Positions 63,301-64,000 of a DNA stretch of 64,000 bases are shown here, piece after piece. The number at the start of each line of letters is the position of its first letter. Position 1 is the first letter of the stretch. The notes beneath the pieces are model-generated. The model ran no database searches and was not told the origin of the DNA. It saw nothing but the letters and a program-made list of their open reading frames with translations. Both the position numbers and the translations under genes were made by a program. The stretch covers positions 3,905-67,904 of the forward strand of contig DAOUDG010000031.1 of NCBI GenBank assembly GCA_034431435.1, in the 5' to 3' direction. Source of the stretch: Anaerolineae bacterium. Lineage in GTDB: Bacteria > Chloroflexota > Anaerolineae > Epilineales > JAHCIE01.

Positions 63301-64000
63301 AGGGCGATGTGGTGGCGCTAGGGCGCACGGCCGAGGTACTCGACTGGGGCGACGGTCGTGTCCTGAAATTGTTCTACGCCTGGTGCCCCCCCGCATGGGC
63401 GGATCGCGAGGCGCGAGCGGCGCGTTTCATCGATGGGCTGGGGCTGCCCGCGCCAGCTCTCCTGGACGAGGTGGCGATCGAGGGGCGGCGCGGTCTGGTC
63501 TACGAGCGCGTCGACGGCCCCAACCTGCTGGACGCGCTGTTCGCTGATCTATCCCAGGCGCCGACCCTCATCGGGCAGTTGGGCGCGCTGCATGCCGAGA
63601 TGCATCGGCGACGCGCGCCGGGCCTGGACGCCATCAAGGACGCCCTGCGCTGGTCCATCGAGCGCGCCGAGATTACGGTCGCCATCCGCGACGCGGCGCT
63701 GGCGCGGCTGGTCGCGCTACCCGACGGTGACTGCCTGCTGCACTTCGACTTCCACCCGCAGCAGGTCCTGGTTACGGCGCGCGGGCCGATCATCCTGGAT
63801 TGGATTACGGCCGCGCGCGGCCATCCTCTGGCCGACGTGGCGCGCACCAGCATGCTGTTCAGGGTAAGCGCCAAGCCGGGCGGCAGCGCGGCTGAGATGG
63901 CCGTCATCGATGCCCAGCGCGCGGCGCTGCTAGGCCACTACCTGGCAGCGTACTTTGCGGCACGGCCTGACCTGGACCGCCAGATGCTGGATCAATGGCT
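63297..64000 (+). CDS. Aminoglycoside/choline-kinase-like phosphotransferase (APH) family protein, 3' end outside window
   Basis: ATG 63297 (ATGA overlap with the upstream gene). Frame open to the window end, so absent from the ORF track. Brenner-like motif LLHFDFHPQQVLV and ILDWITAARGHPLADVA. Confidence 0.6.
   Translation, partial: MKGDVVALGRTAEVLDWGDGRVLKLFYAWCPPAWADREARAARFIDGLGLPAPALLDEVAIEGRRGLVYERVDGPNLLDALFADLSQAPTLIGQLGALHAEMHRRRAPGLDAIKDALRWSIERAEITVAIRDAALARLVALPDGDCLLHFDFHPQQVLVTARGPIILDWITAARGHPLADVARTSMLFRVSAKPGGSAAEMAVIDAQRAALLGHYLAAYFAARPDLDRQMLDQW

Overview
GC-rich bacterial chromosomal segment (roughly two-thirds G+C by eye) with dense, mostly co-directional coding. The six-frame track is full of long Ala/Arg/Gly-rich shadow ORFs antisense to real genes, as expected at this GC content. 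Content in order: (1) the 3' end of a GH35 beta-galactosidase, a SAM methyltransferase, an MntA/HepT-type toxin-antitoxin pair with an apparently truncated HepT, a GlcD-like FAD oxidase and an ApbA/PanE-family reductase. (2) A C39-like peptidase followed by a MacAB/DevBCA-like tripartite ABC efflux set whose HlyD adaptor is unusually long and internally repetitive. (3) Phosphoglucomutase, a DUF169 protein and a cytoplasmic molybdopterin oxidoreductase. (4) A ~22 kb all-plus-strand carbohydrate island that opens with a consensus sigma70-like promoter and a 710-aa LacI-family regulator fused to a C-terminal domain that looks uroporphyrinogen-decarboxylase-like (UroD-like). The island then encodes an aldo-keto reductase, a CUT2-type sugar ABC transporter, an amidohydrolase_2 lactonase-like protein, a LarA-family (lactate-racemase-like) protein, a clear L-fucose isomerase, a rhamnulokinase-like FGGY kinase, a PHP-domain protein, an oversized Zn-ADH, an SrlD-like SDR, a 2-oxoacid-dehydrogenase E2 plus a fused E1 alpha-beta (acetoin-dehydrogenase-like, no E3) and an AraB-like ribulokinase. 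No class II aldolase is recognisable in the island. (5) A convergent pgi-pgl-rpiA operon, a DHA2 MFS transporter, a P-type cation ATPase with two tiny membrane proteins, a ZIP transporter and PPK2. (6) A MalT/LAL-type LuxR regulator transcribed divergently from a compact red-type form I RuBisCO operon cbbL-cbbS-cbbX-prk. (7) A 20-bp perfect inverted repeat between convergent genes, then a HxlR regulator, two VOC/glyoxalase-fold paralogs, an SH3b lipoprotein, a YiiX-like permuted papain-fold protein and a 3'-truncated APH-family kinase. No rRNA, tRNA, CRISPR array or transposase was recognised. The most interesting candidate is the aldolase-less 6-deoxyhexose-type island with the LacI-UroD-like fusion regulator and the embedded E2/E1ab, LarA-like, polyol-phosphate-dehydrogenase-like and PHP genes.
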